From Williopsis jadinii (lineage: Eukaryota), in contig AP024667.1 in NCBI GenBank assembly GCA_024346625.1, positions 496,001 through 560,000 on the forward strand: a stretch of 64,000 nt of DNA, written 5' to 3'. Positions 29,815 through 41,091 of the stretch are shown here, in pieces. The first letter of the stretch is position 1. Every line of letters starts with the position of its first letter. Below the pieces are notes generated by a model. That model did not search any database, was not told where the DNA came from, and worked only from the letters and a program-made list of their open reading frames with translations. A program made the position numbers and the translations under genes.

Positions 29815-30088
29815 AGCCCTCACACAGTCTTTCTTTACCAACCAGGATCGACGTTTGTTGAACTGAAGTGGTTTTAGAAGGGGGGAGGCTTTTGTTTTAG
29901 CCTGTTTTCTTGATGTAGGAATTATCGGTGTGCACTTGACAAAATTGAAACCCACCTCAACATGGGAGAGAAGCCCTCTGCTCAAAGCAATTGGCTACGA
30001 ATCACCTTCTATGAGAGGATATATACAAAATATTGGTGTGTGACTCTATACGATTGTCTATGTAGCAAGGATTTCGCATGTAATGGCC

Positions 30089-30604
30089 CTACAGCTTAGC
30101 TCTCATCTCCTGTCTTCTCAGCTGCGCTGCTCTCTTATCGAATGCCTTTATCACCAAATCGCTGACGCTGTTGGCGAATAGCGAGCTCATCTTGTTGTAG
30201 AAGTCAGATTTGAACTTGTACTTGAGCTCCAGCTCCATATCACACGAGTTCTTTCTCGCATTGGGTAAAATGGTCCATTTGGTGTAGAGATGCTCGAAGA
30301 GCGAGTGTGTGACGCTCTCAGCAATCACGAGGTGATGCGGTTCACAGTGTAAGTTACACACGAACTCCTCCTCGACGTGTCGCCATCCAACCCGTAGACC
30401 ACCTTCCACCGGTGTCTGGGTGGTTTCGTCGTACTTGTTGATGAACGATCTCGTGCAATAAGGTATGAACTCGTGGTACGCGTTGACATCGGACACAACT
30501 CTATAGAACAGCTCGGGAGGATGATTCAGGGTCCGTTTGAAAATATGCGATTGTGAGGACTTCAGCAGCCCTTGTAGAGCATGGATATGCCTTCTCTGGA
30601 TCAT
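30089..30604 (-). CDS. COQ10: Coenzyme Q-binding START-domain protein
   Basis: VVSDVNAYHEFIPYC, SLFEHLYTKW, VIKAFDKRA; next to MDM12 as in S. cerevisiae. Confidence 0.9.
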   Translation of the reverse strand: MIQRRHIHALQGLLKSSQSHIFKRTLNHPPELFYRVVSDVNAYHEFIPYCTRSFINKYDETTQTPVEGGLRVGWRHVEEEFVCNLHCEPHHLVIAESVTHSLFEHLYTKWTILPNARKNSCDMELELKYKFKSDFYNKMSSLFANSVSDLVIKAFDKRAAQLRRQEMRAKL

Positions 30605-30790
30605 CTTTGCCTCCTTTGCCACCTATTCGACAACCTCAATACGTCTCCCTGTGGAAGTGTCGATGGCCTCGGCAGGCCCTCCCTAGCAATTTTTCAGCGG
30701 ACTTCGTTCTCCGGGCCGGGAAATTAGAGAGAGAGACGGCCTCCCTTCTCGTAGACACAGCAGGACGCTTAATCAGTGGCAACAGGAACA

Positions 30791-31618
30791 ATGTCAATTG
30801 ATATCAAATGGGAGAATTTAGCAGACGACACACAGATTGTTGATTCTGTTGTGGATGCTCTGAACTCACAGCTTGAGAGTGTTCAATTGCCCGACTATTT
30901 GCAGAATGTCCGTGCCACGAGGTTCTCATTAGGGCATATACCCCCCAATATCACAATAAGACACATTGGGGATCCGTTTCCGGAGTTCTCGAGTGATGAG
31001 CCTGGTGTGAGCTCTAGAAGGGTCGACCAGGGCTCGAACACCTCCGAGGTTGATACCAATGACGTCCATATTACTGAGGAAGACGAGAGAACCAAGGGAA
31101 TACAGTTCCTGGTTGAGCTGGAGTATAAAGGGGACATGTGGATTGAGCTCCAGGTGGACCTCCTGCTGAACTACCCATCTCCCGGCTTCATCAAGCTACC
31201 AGTGAAACTAAAGATTGTGGACTTGGGAATCCACTCGTTGGCTGTGATTGCACACCTTGACCATCAGGTCTATATAAGCTTCCTCTGCGACGTCAATGAC
31301 GACGAGTTTGACGATATACTGAAGAACCCAACAGCATCAAGGGGCAAGCGAATCGATATCATACGGAGTATGCACATCGAGAGCGAGATTGGAGACGATC
31401 TTGACGGCTCAGTGCTGCGCAACGTGGGCAAAGTAGAGAAGTTCCTTGTTGAGATGATGCGTGCGCTACTACGAGATGAGCTTGGTTGGCCAGGCTGGAT
31501 CCACCTAGACTTTAGGGACGATGACGACGACGACGACGATCAAGAGCAGGAGGCCGCACCAACCCAGGATGGACAGCACGAAGACCCACACGACGACGCC
31601 AGCGACACAACACGATGA
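30791..31618 (+). CDS. MDM12: ERMES subunit Mdm12 (SMP domain)
   Basis: MSIDIKWE, ITIRHIGDPFPEF, LNYPSPGFIKLPVKLKI, SVLRNVGKVEKFL, LGWPGWI. Confidence 0.95.
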   Translation: MSIDIKWENLADDTQIVDSVVDALNSQLESVQLPDYLQNVRATRFSLGHIPPNITIRHIGDPFPEFSSDEPGVSSRRVDQGSNTSEVDTNDVHITEEDERTKGIQFLVELEYKGDMWIELQVDLLLNYPSPGFIKLPVKLKIVDLGIHSLAVIAHLDHQVYISFLCDVNDDEFDDILKNPTASRGKRIDIIRSMHIESEIGDDLDGSVLRNVGKVEKFLVEMMRALLRDELGWPGWIHLDFRDDDDDDDDQEQEAAPTQDGQHEDPHDDASDTTR

Positions 31619-32041
31619 GAACCCACCTCCGCTTCCGGCGTGCTGTGTTCTAATCGCCGACTATTAAACACTTTAAAACACCCTAAAACATGACAAGCAT
31701 AACGGAAACTCGGCAGCACATGACTCTACATCCTACGCTTATCAGATCTGGAACCTCAGGACATGTGTATGGCTCCAATCTACGCCATGAAAAGTTTTTC
31801 TTCACACACTCTTCTCTGTAGGCGCAGGCTCATCGCATCGCGTGCAGCACCCAACGTCAAGGGCCACTCTCCGAGGACGGCAAGACGCCTACAAAATGTT
31901 GTGACTTGCATCATTCGAACACCCATTTTTCCCTGAGCGATTTGATAAATTCAACGGTTTGACAGTTGATATAAAGCCACACGGATCGTCTCTGAGCGAG
32001 GTTGTGGTGCAGTGTGATAGTGAGCTTTATTAGTGTTGAGC

Positions 32042-32830
32042 ATGCTGTTCAGGAGGTTTGCGTCTTCTGCGACGCCCAAGTCGAAGACACACTATGAGAT
32101 CTTGGGGATAGCCGTCAATGCATCGCACAAGGAGATCAAAGACGCCTTTAGGAAGCTGTCGAAGAAGTACCACCCGGATATGAATCACAAGGTGACAGAT
32201 GACGAGGAGAAGCAGTCGATCAAGAACAAATATATCATGATTGTGCACAGCTATGAGGTGCTGGGCAACGAGACAAAGAAGAGGGAGTACGACAAGTCGA
32301 TACTGAATGTACAACCACGCCAGTTCAGTATGCATCACGGGCACCATCCTCCAGCGACCAAGGTATACTCTCCTGGTGGCATCAACGTGACACGTAACAA
32401 GGTCCATTTTGGTGCTGCCTACAAGGCATCGAACTCGCCGTACGCGAACATCTACAACAGTCACACGAATGACGTGCCACACTTTGACTACGACACACAT
32501 CTCAAGGGGAACCTGTGGTTTGAGAAGCGTATGATCAACAAGCGTATAAACCAGCGGCGAGGCAAGATGACTGATTCTCGAAACGGCAACGTGTCAAGCG
32601 AGAAGCAAGCCAAGGAGCAAGCGGAGATCGATAGGGAGTGGTTCCATGAACGGTTCAAGAACCACGGCAAGCGTGGATTACAAGCCGAAGAGATCGAGAC
32701 GTTGAACTTGCACAGATATGGCCATCATCGTTACAGGGAGCAGAAGAGCTACGATATCAGTTTTGGGCCTGTGCTAGCAATCATGATTGGGGTATCAACT
32801 TTGGCAGGAATGGGGGTGTACATGAGCTAA
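32042..32830 (+). CDS. Mitochondrial J-domain (DnaJ) protein, Jid1-like
   Basis: Presequence-like [16 protein letters not shown]...KKYHPD, C-terminal transmembrane helix. Confidence 0.8.
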   Translation: MLFRRFASSATPKSKTHYEILGIAVNASHKEIKDAFRKLSKKYHPDMNHKVTDDEEKQSIKNKYIMIVHSYEVLGNETKKREYDKSILNVQPRQFSMHHGHHPPATKVYSPGGINVTRNKVHFGAAYKASNSPYANIYNSHTNDVPHFDYDTHLKGNLWFEKRMINKRINQRRGKMTDSRNGNVSSEKQAKEQAEIDREWFHERFKNHGKRGLQAEEIETLNLHRYGHHRYREQKSYDISFGPVLAIMIGVSTLAGMGVYMS

Positions 32831-32925
32831 ACAGCTTTAGGGAAAACGACAAGATAATATATTCAAATGGAAGGCACATATGGTAACATGACATGTATAG
32901 AAGTTGTAGTACAGCACCAAGTAGA

Positions 32926-33684
32926 TTAGTGTTCTTTCTTCTCTGTTGGCTTCAAGAAGAACCAAAGAGCAGTGATACCGGCAAAGGCAGCAAAGAAGGT
33001 CTTGTCGCTGTTTGGAATTTCGCTGTTGTCGTACTCATAAGGCTTTTCAACGTACTCCTCTTCCTCGGCCTTTGATTCGAGATGGAGGAAGTCGCTAAGC
33101 ATGGAGCCCACAACCTTGGTATTACTGAGGGTACTGAAAACAGTGGAGTTGATCGAGGACAGATCGAACCCTTGAAGCTCCTTTTCAAGTGGAGTCACCG
33201 GGTTTTTAGAAGCCTCCGTGGATATGGAAGGGATCTTCACGATGTAGTCATCCCTGACAAGCGGCTCAGGACGGAGATCCACTGGCTTGATGAAATCAAT
33301 GTGAGAGTCATCGCCCTTCGCTAGCGCCTTTGAGCTGCTGTTAAATGACATCTTTGCAGTGACAGTCGATGTCTTTAAAGCTGGTCTATTCATTGTTGAC
33401 ATATTGGCATTGTCCCTTGTGGAGAAAGAGGCCTCGTGGTTGGAAACTCTCGAAACAAGCTCCGCTTTACGTCCAGACACTTTCAGCCCACGCTTGCGAC
33501 ACTCAGCTTTCAAAGTCTGCAGAGACATGAGCGAGAATTCAGACTTCTTCGAGTTGAGCAAAGGGGTGGCATCTTTCTTCGTGGTTTGGTGGACAAGTCT
33601 CACTTGCTTGTGTGGCAACCCAGCACAACGTCCTGGTGCAGCTAACACCCTAAGAGAAGGTAGCGATTTGACACTTCTAAGCAT
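32926..33684 (-). CDS. AIM34: Mitochondrial SAP-domain protein
   Basis: MSLQTLKAECRKRGLKVSGRKAELVSR SAP motif; presequence; C-terminal TM; adjacent to MIX17. Confidence 0.8.
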   Translation of the reverse strand: MLRSVKSLPSLRVLAAPGRCAGLPHKQVRLVHQTTKKDATPLLNSKKSEFSLMSLQTLKAECRKRGLKVSGRKAELVSRVSNHEASFSTRDNANMSTMNRPALKTSTVTAKMSFNSSSKALAKGDDSHIDFIKPVDLRPEPLVRDDYIVKIPSISTEASKNPVTPLEKELQGFDLSSINSTVFSTLSNTKVVGSMLSDFLHLESKAEEEEYVEKPYEYDNSEIPNSDKTFFAAFAGITALWFFLKPTEKKEH

Positions 33685-34090
33685 TGTTCTCGAAGATCAG
33701 CTCAATGGCAATGTCTAGCTTGAACGAAAGTATACGCTTGCTCAGTGTGTAAACAATGGGCAGCAAAGAGATCTCCTTAAAAATTCCTGTTTGTTTTTGT
33801 TTTGCCTGACACATCACAAACCCGCGCACCATTCCCAATGGGGAAGGCACACAAAACACATGGTACGGGACACATGCCTTCCCGGGTCCGGAGAAACCCA
33901 AACATCATCGACTAAGGGCACATGGGCGCGCGCTCTCTGTGTATTTTTACTTTCGCTCTCTACAACAGCACGTTTTAGGCAATTAATGATCTGTGTATAT
34001 ACATAATTTATAAGGTTGGATATAGAGTCAATAAGTTAGTGATGATAGTAATAAAGGAATATATCACGTGGCATGAATGTCTGATCCAGT

Positions 34091-34555
34091 TTAGTACTGA
34101 CGGGCAGCCTCTTGACATGCCTTCAACTGTTGCAAGTAGTAGTCACAGATTTGCATGTTGCCGTCGTTGTCGCTCAAACATCTGGTAAAGTTTCTAGCAT
34201 CAACGTCACAGGCAGCAGCACCTTGCTGCTGCTGGGTTTGGACGGCTTGCTGTTGGACAGCCTGTTGTTGTTGTTGGTCAACCTGCTGGGAGGAGGAGGA
34301 ACCACCAAACATACCAGTGATACCGGCACCAATGGTGTGACCAACAGCAGAACCAACAGCAACACCGGCAGCGGTGGAGGCCATCTGTGCAAACATACCT
34401 GGCTGTTGAGGCTGTTGTTGAACTGGTTGAGAGTAGGTGGTTGGCTGGTGTGGAGGAGCCTGGTGCTGTGGAATAGCAGCAGAGTGAGCAGATCTGCTCT
34501 GAGTTGGAGCAGAGCGGGAAACGGTTGGACGGGAACCACCTGTTCTTCTAGCCAT
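34091..34555 (-). CDS. MIX17: Mitochondrial intermembrane-space CHCH protein (CHCHD2/10 family)
   Basis: QMASTAAGVAVGSAVGH; twin CX9C motif. Confidence 0.95.
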   Translation of the reverse strand: MARRTGGSRPTVSRSAPTQSRSAHSAAIPQHQAPPHQPTTYSQPVQQQPQQPGMFAQMASTAAGVAVGSAVGHTIGAGITGMFGGSSSSQQVDQQQQQAVQQQAVQTQQQQGAAACDVDARNFTRCLSDNDGNMQICDYYLQQLKACQEAARQY

Positions 34556-34936
34556 TGTGTGTATGGATTGTTGTCTTGTTGTTAGGTAACAGATTCAAAA
34601 GAACAAATCTCAAGAGATGGTTGTAGTGGCGATGGATCTCCCTTTTCAACTTTTTTTTTCTTCTCTCCATTGCCTCTTTGTTCTGGAATCTCTCTGCCCG
34701 CTTCGGCTGAGGGCTTCAGTTTTCGGTTTTGCCACCGCGGGAAATCGGGAGCGGCTGTCGTAGTGTGCCAACCATTTTCAGACCGTAAACCTCCGCGGGG
34801 ACAGGGATCTTCCTTCTGGATTTGATCATCGGGGCCTGTGCAGCAGAGGTAGGTGGATGACGCATCTACAACGGATGAAGAAACCGAATAAAAGTACATA
34901 AGTCATTAGAATAAGCAGCCACGTAGAGATGATGTT

Positions 34937-36664
34937 TCAAACAAACAGTTTTGATAGTCTGTATTTGGATTTGGCGGTTGAAGAATCAACTCTGGAAACG
35001 TGAACATCGCCACAGCTCTTTTTGTCATCCTCTGTTACGTCAGAGGTTACAGAGTCGTGAGGCACAACATGGAGCTTCAGAGCCTCTTCTCTGGTGAATG
35101 TGTGATACAAGTCGTACTCATCAATCTCCCCTAGGCCTACAGGCGGGAACACTCTGTTTATGAGAACGTGAACAATGAAGGAGATTGGATAGCCAATGAT
35201 GAACGAAATCTCAAACATCTTGATAGCTGGCTCTGGAACGTTTGTGAGGTTAGGGTTAACGCTTGGGAAACCAATAATACCAGGCACGAATCCGCAGATC
35301 CATGAGACAAATGCCCTCCAGTTGAATCCATACCAGAACCAGTAGATGGAATTGGGATCTGCAGAGTACAAGTCGGTGAGCTTCAACTTTTGCTTCCTCA
35401 CGATGTAGTAATCTGCAGTGAAAGTACCAATCATTGGCCCTAGGAAACATCCATATGATCCCAGCACAGCAAGGAAAACATTCGCATTGGCCAGGATCTG
35501 CCATGGCTGAATCAAAATTGACACAATCATGATGATATAGGCTCCTCTTCTAATGTTAATCCATCGTGGTGCAATAGCAACAAGGTCAATGCCTCCAGAT
35601 ACACCGTTATCGATTGTATTTAGTCCCAAAGTTGAGACAAAGAACCCAAAAGAAGCAAAGAATGCAGCACAACGTGATTTCGGCGTGTATGCCTCTAAAA
35701 TCCACTGTTCAATGATACTAGTTGGATTCCACAGGTTCAGCTCGTTAACGTCGCCATATGAATGAGATGCAGCCGAGGTACCCAATAAACCAAATAGAGG
35801 AACAACGGTACCAAACCCCAAGATTGAAACCAGCTGGCCCCAAACCTGCTTACCAGGCTTTGATGCAAATCTGGAGAAATCCGGTTGGTTTGCTAAACCA
35901 ACAGCAAACGTGTTGATGACGATGTTTATGCCGTGCATCCAAGTCATACCCATATCTGCGCTTCCATGTATTGAAGAACTCGAATGAAGCACCTCACCTG
36001 CTCCATGAGCATGAACCATAGACCCTATGGCAGTTCCAAAGACTGCAAAGAACGAGATACATGTGACAACCTTGAACGGATGATGCAGTTTCTCTGGAGG
36101 GATATATAGGAATGGAATCGAGAGAACATTGTAGATGATAAAGCCAATAAACTGTTTCAGAGTCATAGGCACAGACTCTGGAAGGGTATTATGAAGATTC
36201 ATGAAACCTGGAAAGATACAGCTGAGCATAATCGACATTAGTTGAGCACCAGTAAATGCCTGAACACCATACCAGACGACACACAGCACAATACGTTGTA
36301 TAAGTGCTAGAAACGCTCCGTACATGCCAAACGTGAAGCGACTATAGATTGGGTAGCCAACGTGCCACACAGCACCACCCCAACCATGTGAAAGGGCAAC
36401 GGCGAAAATGATCATCTTACCTATTATAACCACACACATCGATTGCCACACATTTAGGCCTAAAGCCAGTAGAGATCCACAGGACTGCCATGTCGAGATG
36501 GACAGCGCTATGACGTTCCAGAACCCTAAGAAATCCCAATGTCCCCATGTCCGTCGTGAAGGTGGTAGACATATAACATCTGGCGACCTCCAGTTGTTGG
36601 TGCTTACAGTCTCAGAGTCCTTGATCTGGAGCTTAGACAATATTGCATCAACGGAAAGTGGCAT
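34937..36664 (-). CDS. NCS1-family nucleobase/allantoin permease (Fur4/Dal4/Fui1 family)
   Basis: PPSRRTWG, SRFTFGMYG, NQPDFSRF, WINIRRG, QPWQI, GFNWRA; ~12 TM helices. Likely ATG at 36664. Confidence 0.9.
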   Translation of the reverse strand: MPLSVDAILSKLQIKDSETVSTNNWRSPDVICLPPSRRTWGHWDFLGFWNVIALSISTWQSCGSLLALGLNVWQSMCVVIIGKMIIFAVALSHGWGGAVWHVGYPIYSRFTFGMYGAFLALIQRIVLCVVWYGVQAFTGAQLMSIMLSCIFPGFMNLHNTLPESVPMTLKQFIGFIIYNVLSIPFLYIPPEKLHHPFKVVTCISFFAVFGTAIGSMVHAHGAGEVLHSSSSIHGSADMGMTWMHGINIVINTFAVGLANQPDFSRFASKPGKQVWGQLVSILGFGTVVPLFGLLGTSAASHSYGDVNELNLWNPTSIIEQWILEAYTPKSRCAAFFASFGFFVSTLGLNTIDNGVSGGIDLVAIAPRWINIRRGAYIIMIVSILIQPWQILANANVFLAVLGSYGCFLGPMIGTFTADYYIVRKQKLKLTDLYSADPNSIYWFWYGFNWRAFVSWICGFVPGIIGFPSVNPNLTNVPEPAIKMFEISFIIGYPISFIVHVLINRVFPPVGLGEIDEYDLYHTFTREEALKLHVVPHDSVTSDVTEDDKKSCGDVHVSRVDSSTAKSKYRLSKLFV

Positions 36665-39418
36665 GTGTAAAGACAGGGAGCACACACTAGTTGTGTGTGT
36701 GGTTGTAGCTAACAAGACACCCGGATAGTACAGTCGACGAGTACACCAACGTCTATGTAGAAGTATAGCTACAAACCACGTACAATATCCCACTTTTCTG
36801 ATCAACAAGGAAATTACCACTCTATGAACAGAGCAAGGAAGGATATGGCGTCTTTTTTATACCTGTGGTGATCGCCAACCGTATATCAAAATTAAATAGA
36901 ATTAATATTTACATCTATGGCATATTCCAGCATGCCTATTTTATGCTATGACGTGTGAATAGCGATAGTGAAGACAACACTATCTCCACGCCATTACACC
37001 TATGCTGGCCGTGTTAAAGCTTCCTTGATTAAGCAATAACACATATGTATAAGTGCACTTTCATAAAACCTTGTTTTTGAGTGTGAGGTTCTAAGCGTGA
37101 GGTTCTAAGTGGTGTGTAGATCAAGACTGCATGTGTAATATGGAATCTGAGCTCTAGACGGTACACCAGCTCTCGAACAGTCAAACAGGATATATTGTGT
37201 CATCCGCATCTGGACCATCATAAAACCCAGGTGGAATAGAGTGAGTAAAGAGTGGTATATTCCGAGCGTGAGTCGTGAACGGAATATGGCAACCAATCAC
37301 ACCTCTCCTACTTCTTCTAGGTTTGCTTTTGACAGTACATAGAGCTTAAAAAGCCACAGCGAATATCACTCGGTTCTTGCTTCCCAAAGAACTCATATCC
37401 GTCTCGACTTTACACATTCTGCCAAGTCTAGTGTGCACCCAGCATGCAATACATCAAGACATCAAGCAACATGCTCCCTACACGTTCGTCTCACTGATCC
37501 AGATCCAGCTCGATGTTAAGTTATGTATGTATTGCAGGTGTATTTGATGAGCAAAGGAGCATTTTAGGTTAGGTTTAAGGCTGTGCTGTGATGCTTTCCC
37601 AGGATAGCAAAGCGGAAGTTATTTGTCAACGAGGCATTAGTGCTGGGTTCATGAGGTTAGGAGTTAAATACACACATGCGGTTGTGTTAAACCCTGCTAA
37701 CATAACGGTTAGTCTACAGCCGCACGACGCTTCTCAGTTTGGGTCTGTTCGATCAGCGTAAGTTGTGGAACGTAGACTGGTTTGTGAAGATTGTTCTGTA
37801 CTTTGATCGTATACAAAATATCATCCTGTGTGTTATGCTTGATTGGCAGAAGATTACAACGTAGTATAACGAAAAACACGCTTGGAGTCCTAGGGGGTTT
37901 TGCTGTGCTGGAAGTGCTTCCCTGCCCACTTGCTTTGATGTAATAGCTTGAGAGCATATCGTTGCGCCATCGTACATTCCGTCGCAATGACGACTGCACC
38001 ACTGGTCTTGACGCCGAGAGAAACCAGTCAGGAGGGGTGGATGTAAACTATCAACTAATAAAGCACCATCTCATTCAGGAGAGTGTGTAGCAGAACATAC
38101 GATACTTCGACTAAGGAAATGGTCAGCGGATCCCAGAATTCAGGAACGTTGAACTTTCCCAGAGAAACCCCCACTAAAAACCCAATATTGTGCCACGCAG
38201 CACTACACTGCTCCACCAATCAGTTCGATATGGTTCCCAACGCGTGCTTAGCGCAAGATCTACAACTAGAATAATACACCGCCAACTCGTACAACACAAC
38301 CGCTTCCATCAAAGGGCGTGCTAATATTAACCATACAGAGCGCATGCAGGCTTTAGCCAGCTCCGTCACCGGCGGCAAAGGGCTCAAAATTCTTACCCAA
38401 CGCCCAATGATTCCACACGCTCGTCTTTCACCGAGCCAAACTGTAAAGTAGCAAAAATCCGATCACCAGCCGCACTTTTGGTACAGTACACACGTCCATG
38501 GAGTTCCTCTACGTGGAGCTCATCTCTTGCTGCAGATTAGGCCTACAAATGGAGTCACACAGTTCTCGCGCTGCTGTTGAGTCACACTCCTGAGAAGCTT
38601 TGAAAAGGTTATACAGCGTCCCATATGACCCAGTATGTCCCTTCTGTAGTTAAGTGGTGGCTCGTAAAAGGCTCTTCAAATGTTGCTAATAAATTGTGTA
38701 CATCGTTCTTCAGTTTCTGGCCAGGCCAAGGTTTCTGTTCGTGGTTTTTCTCTCGTTAGCCCTAGAGCCCATCCAAAGGAGAGCACGCTGACTACAACTC
38801 CAACTAGCTTACACCCCCCCCCCCCCGTTACTGGGGCGTACACCAAGCTTTGTCCCTGTAAGATCTCGTCTCCTTACGGACGTGTTTTCTAAGTCGGTGC
38901 CAAAGCCACCAAAAATAAGCTTAATATTCTTATTCCCCTGCCAAAGGGGGAGGAGAGTCTTTTCAGTGAAATTTGCAGCCGAGACATGCCAGGTACGCCA
39001 AAAATCGACAGATCTAAGTAGAATTGTCCAGTGAAACAAGGGCCCTGGGACATACAGCTTAACAGGGCTACGGGATCCTCAATTCTTGTGTCAAAGAGAG
39101 AGAGAGAAGAAAGAACACTGTATAGAAACTACATCGTTTCCTACCAACAATTGGAATATCAACAAACGGTTTCAGAGACTGCCCGTGTAGATTCACCACA
39201 AGGTGCAAACCCCTGACGCTGAGGTTGTCGTTGGCGTGGAGACAGGGACAGAGACAGAAACAAAGACAAGAAAAGTCCGGAGACAAAAACTACGAGAAAA
39301 TTTTGGACAAAGTGATAGAGGGGGGAAAAAGACGCGAATCACACCAAAATCTAATAGACAGATATACACACAACAAGGGACACGAGAGCAGATAGGGGAG
39401 TCCAGTTGAACGAGCCCA

Positions 39419-40840
39419 ATGTCTGCAGAAGCTCTTCATGCCTTGTTGACCACGAGGGCAGACTTGCTCAAGGATGACACGCTGACGGAGAAAAAACGCG
39501 TTCCTTCAACGGGATCAAGCGTCTCAGGGAGTGAAGGAAGCGTGGTGATCACAAGAGAGAACGGTAAGCCGCAAGATCAAATGTTGAAAATCAGAACCAA
39601 GAACCTGTCGCTTGACAACAACGAGGAGGATGACTTCAACGACTATGTGATAGAGGATCCTCTTCCGCCGCCCAAGGAGTTACATCCAGACAAGCTCTAT
39701 GCGCTGTACGCCTTCAAAGGTGATGATCCATCTCACTGCGAGCTTGAGAGGGACGATGCGGTGGTTCTGTTAAACGACCAGGACTCATATTGGTGGCTTG
39801 TAAGGAAGGAGAAGGACTCTAGCATCGGATTTGCACCTGCTGAGTGCCTGGAGACATACGACGAGAGGCTGGCAAGACTGAACTGTTGGAAAAACGAAGA
39901 GATGGAGAGATCCTCCAAGGAGACGTTGCAGATCTTCATGGATAGATCGATGGACAGGTCTAGAAATAAATCTGTGACATTTTCTGAGGAAGTTACAGTT
40001 ACTGAAAGGGAGCCATACCCCGAAGAAGAAGAAGAACTAAGTGATGCTTCAATTGATGAGCTCATCTCTGTGAAAGATGATGGTCATTTTGGAATACTAC
40101 CGACAGATTTGGAACGTGATGAAGCGTTCATCGAGACCAATAGTGATGCATTGGGCTCAGACTTTGTTGTGCCCCCATTGGTACTGAAGAAGAATCAGAA
40201 TAAAAAATTGAGTGACGGCTTTGACCCGGAAATTGAAAGTCCTCTCTCACAACCACAAGCATTTTTCATCAACTCGAATGGATCAGGATCAATAGGTACA
40301 TATTCCCCATCCTCTTCAGAGATGGATTCGCCAGGAGATACACCAAACATGAATAAATACGCACGGAAATCTGTGCCTGACAGTCCTGAAGACTATGAAA
40401 GACGTGGTAACATCCCACAATCGAGGAGAACCAGGGATATTGCAAAGAGCATGCAAATGCTAGACGACCTGATCAATGAGGAAATGGAAACCACCAGAGT
40501 GTCGGGGAGTTCAACCGAAGAAGAAGAAGACGTTACGATCACCACGGATAGCAACCACAACAGGCTATCTCCACCTATAGAGCTCAAAAATATCAAAACC
40601 AAAAACCTCTCCATGCTCACAAACTCAACGAATTCTAACTCTAATGTTAGTCTGGGATGTACTCGGTCTGACAGCACAGCAAGCTCTTCATTAGAAGTAC
40701 TTCAGGTACCAAAATTGCATGAACAGGTACCGGAAACGATACCTATTAATCCACAAGTTGAGGAGATGTTCAGATTACCGTTCGGCAAGATGGATGAACT
40801 GAGTCAAAAGCTGAAGGCATTACATATGGAATTATCATGA
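39419..40840 (+). CDS. BUD14: SH3-domain cortical PP1 regulator
   Basis: PDKLYALYAF...LLNDQDSYWWLV...GFAPAECLETYDERLARLNCWKN; RVxF-type KSVTF. Confidence 0.88.
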   Translation: MSAEALHALLTTRADLLKDDTLTEKKRVPSTGSSVSGSEGSVVITRENGKPQDQMLKIRTKNLSLDNNEEDDFNDYVIEDPLPPPKELHPDKLYALYAFKGDDPSHCELERDDAVVLLNDQDSYWWLVRKEKDSSIGFAPAECLETYDERLARLNCWKNEEMERSSKETLQIFMDRSMDRSRNKSVTFSEEVTVTEREPYPEEEEELSDASIDELISVKDDGHFGILPTDLERDEAFIETNSDALGSDFVVPPLVLKKNQNKKLSDGFDPEIESPLSQPQAFFINSNGSGSIGTYSPSSSEMDSPGDTPNMNKYARKSVPDSPEDYERRGNIPQSRRTRDIAKSMQMLDDLINEEMETTRVSGSSTEEEEDVTITTDSNHNRLSPPIELKNIKTKNLSMLTNSTNSNSNVSLGCTRSDSTASSSLEVLQVPKLHEQVPETIPINPQVEEMFRLPFGKMDELSQKLKALHMELS

Positions 40841-41091
40841 ACTCTACGTTATATACTACAACCATATATTGTAAGGTATACACTTGTTCAGATTATATAA
40901 TATTATAATAAGCCGGTTACGTAAGCATGTTCCAGCGTGTGGCGCCTACCGTGACGAAGAACATGTGTGCGTACCAAAAACAAACAAAGCAAAAAAAAAC
41001 GGCATCTCATCGCATCTTCAAAAAAAAATTAAGACCTAAAAACCATCACCTTCGGTTCAACAGTTTGTTACCACCCGTTAGCCAAAGCGAT

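Noticed and set aside
37083..37109. GTGAGGTTCTAAG tandem duplication
   Set aside because: Only two copies, with no other copies or element features noticed; likely a slippage duplication.
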